Assembly: GCA_043813605.1 (NCBI GenBank)
Contig: JBDRKX010000056.1
Coordinates: 1-39,319, forward strand
Source: Elusimicrobiota bacterium
GTDB taxonomy: Bacteria > CG03 > SLGR01 > JBDRKX01
Direction: 5' to 3'
DNA: 39,319 bases
Part shown: piece by piece, positions 37,908-39,319 of the stretch
Position numbering within the stretch: position 1 is the first letter of the stretch
Layout of the letters: each line of letters begins with the position of its first letter
The notes under the pieces: generated by a model
Told to the model about the DNA's origin: nothing
The model's database searches: none
What the model saw: only the letters and a program-made list of their open reading frames with translations
Made by a program: the position numbers and the translations under genes

Positions 37908-39171
37908 ATTCGCGTTCTTTTTCTTATTTATGGTGTTTCTTGTAAGCCCCTCTATGGCATCGGATGTCTATCTTATCGAGATCGACGGTACGATCAATCC
38001 TGTTGTGGCGGATTATGTATCAAAGGGACTTGAAAAAGCTTCAGAGAACGAAGCGTCAGCAGTTATTATCAAGATGGACACGCCGGGCGGGTTAATGGAT
38101 TCAATGAGACAGATAATAAAATCGATGGAAGCTGCATCGATCCCGATTATCGTCTATGTAGGTGAAAGCGGCGCCAGGGCGGCTTCAGCAGGGGCTTTTA
38201 TAGCGATGGCGTCCGATATTACTGTTATGGCTGAAGGTACAAATATCGGAGCGGCTCACCCGGTAAAAATGGGGGAACAGAAAGTTACAGAAGATATGAG
38301 TAAGAAAATGACAGAAGATGCCCGGGCTTTTATAAAATCCCTTGCGAAGAAACACGGCAGGAACGCCGAATGGGCGGAATCAGCCGTAACGGAGAGCCTG
38401 AGCATAACCTCCGGTGAGGCTGTATCAATGAATGTAGCCGATTATGAAGTCAAAGATTTTATGGAGATGAAGTCGGTGCTTGAAGGAATTTCGTTAAAAA
38501 AGGGGAATGATGAATATATACTGACTTTCAAGGGAGAGATTGTTAAAATAAGTATGGCTCCGTTTAAAAAGCTGCTGAACTATATAGCGAATCCTAATTT
38601 CGCGTATATACTGATGCTGATAGGCATCTACGGGCTCATATATGAGTTTTCCAATCCGGGAATAGGTTTGGGAGCCGTGGCGGGAGGGACGTCTCTTTTG
38701 CTTGCTGCCCTTGCTTTTCAGATACTTCCCGTTAATACGGTCGGAGTTCTGCTTATAATCTTCGGCGTTATGATGATGGTTATGGATATCTGGGTACCCT
38801 CGTACGGGATACTGACAATGGGCGGTCTTGTCAGTTTTCTGATAGGTTCACTAACGCTTTTTGAAGTGGGAAGTTTCAATCTCAGTGTTTCTCTGGGGCT
38901 TATACTCGGTGCCACCATAACAACCGGCCTCTTTTTTTTGTTTGCCGCAGGGAGCGGACTGAAGATACAGAGCAAGAAAGTAACTACCGGCTCAAAGGGT
39001 ATGATAGGACTTGCCGGACAGGTGGAAAAGACGCTTTCACCCGGAGGAACTGTCTTTGTCAGGGGCGAACTCTGGAGAGCCGAGAGTACCGGAACAACAA
39101 TAAAAAAAGGGACAGAAGTCGAAGTTACGGATATAAAAGGCAACCTGATTTTTGTAAAAGAGAAAAAGTAG
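37897..39171 (+). CDS. nfeD: Long-form NfeD membrane-bound serine protease
   Basis: DTPGG, AASAG, IGAAHPV, membrane domain, C-terminal GELWRA. Start moved to ATG 37897. Confidence 0.93.
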   Translation: MRAKFAFFFLFMVFLVSPSMASDVYLIEIDGTINPVVADYVSKGLEKASENEASAVIIKMDTPGGLMDSMRQIIKSMEAASIPIIVYVGESGARAASAGAFIAMASDITVMAEGTNIGAAHPVKMGEQKVTEDMSKKMTEDARAFIKSLAKKHGRNAEWAESAVTESLSITSGEAVSMNVADYEVKDFMEMKSVLEGISLKKGNDEYILTFKGEIVKISMAPFKKLLNYIANPNFAYILMLIGIYGLIYEFSNPGIGLGAVAGGTSLLLAALAFQILPVNTVGVLLIIFGVMMMVMDIWVPSYGILTMGGLVSFLIGSLTLFEVGSFNLSVSLGLILGATITTGLFFLFAAGSGLKIQSKKVTTGSKGMIGLAGQVEKTLSPGGTVFVRGELWRAESTGTTIKKGTEVEVTDIKGNLIFVKEKK

Positions 39172-39319
39172 TCAAAGGATAGAGGAGATATAATAACAGT
39201 TGTCAAGTAAAATAGACGATAAAAATATTGTAAAAGAATCAGAGGTTTTCAATAACACCTCCATTTTGTATAATAGGTTCCTGGGAACAAGATGGTTTCG
39301 TAAAACCCATTGTGGCATT

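Noticed and set aside
1..39319. CRISPR array, rRNA, tRNA, integron cassette array
   Set aside because: No regularly spaced repeats or RNA gene signatures were seen by eye.

Overview
Bacterial window, almost entirely + strand, probably from an uncultured anaerobe. Three zones. (1) About 1-15 kb is accessory DNA: a frameshifted DDE insertion sequence, an AbiEi/AbiEii type IV toxin-antitoxin operon with two extra genes, a structured non-coding block (four-way-junction cloverleaf, G-quadruplex motif, transposon-end-like repeats), a methyltransferase, a YeeE/TusA-like sulfur module linked to a V4R histidine kinase and a receiver protein, IS30 and kinase debris, and two paralogous radical SAM/SPASM genes. 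(2) About 15-26 kb is a tightly coupled cluster headed by Fur with two Fur-type boxes: DUF5320, three NifB/NifX-family proteins, DUF89, FmdB zinc ribbon, MBL hydrolase, two MinD-like 4Fe-4S ATPases, a methyltransferase, metK, a flavin disulfide reductase, a ferredoxin, a J-domain protein, an IscU-like scaffold and DUF364. It has no nitrogenase or other client enzyme. (3) About 26-39 kb is housekeeping: yjbQ, rsmD, nadK, recN, a GNAT, aroDE, aroA, aroC, aroB, nfeD. All calls come from motifs read by eye; no database search or folding program was run.
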